A stretch of 64,000 nucleotides of DNA from Octopus sinensis (lineage: Eukaryota). The position numbers and the translations under genes were made by a program. This document shows positions 63,955 through 64,000 of this stretch, one piece after another (within the stretch, counting starts at the first letter, position 1; the number at the start of each line of letters is the position of its first letter). The notes under the pieces were generated by a model. It saw only the letters and a list, made by a program, of their open reading frames with translations. It was not told the DNA's origin and searched no databases. The DNA is taken from assembly GCF_006345805.1 (NCBI RefSeq), contig NC_043007.1:19034001-19098000 (forward strand), in the 5' to 3' direction.

Positions 63955-64000
63955 CTGGTGGAATTTCAAACCCAACCCTTTATTTGACTAATGGGGTACA

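Noticed and set aside
1-64000. Many long ORFs such as poly-YVCM, HTYI, IYLS, poly-N, poly-L and poly-V
   Set aside because: They are stop-free translations of microsatellites, open in several frames at once, with no protein signature

Overview
Repeat-saturated, AT-rich eukaryotic non-genic DNA (intron or intergenic). The SINE and LINE families look like those I recall from Octopus; that assignment is from memory, not a search. No host protein-coding gene is recognisable, and the supplied ORFs are microsatellite read-throughs or decayed transposon fragments. Content: microsatellites; four tRNA-headed SINE families plus one unclassified non-coding repeat; LINE remnants of the R4/Dong-like (4 diverged copies, most beside (TAA)n), RTE, CR1-like and L1/Tx1-like groups; a 5'-inverted Penelope-like element (PLE); hAT and Tc1/mariner remnants; several MITEs; a 100-N gap at 46506-46605. 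The most interesting signal is hammerhead-ribozyme (HHR) motifs on the minus strand. Two paralogs (49073-49163, 52673-52762) have canonical cores, a palindromic stem III, an equal-length 51-nt stem-II insert and compensatory changes. A second minimal HHR family (41473-41518, 63909-63954) lies in a repeat that at 41.4-41.7 kb also carries a Pol III B-box, suggesting a tRNA-headed, ribozyme-bearing non-autonomous retroelement. Several further GAAAC-palindrome-GUH half motifs are scattered through the window. All structures were paired by eye and none is experimentally tested.
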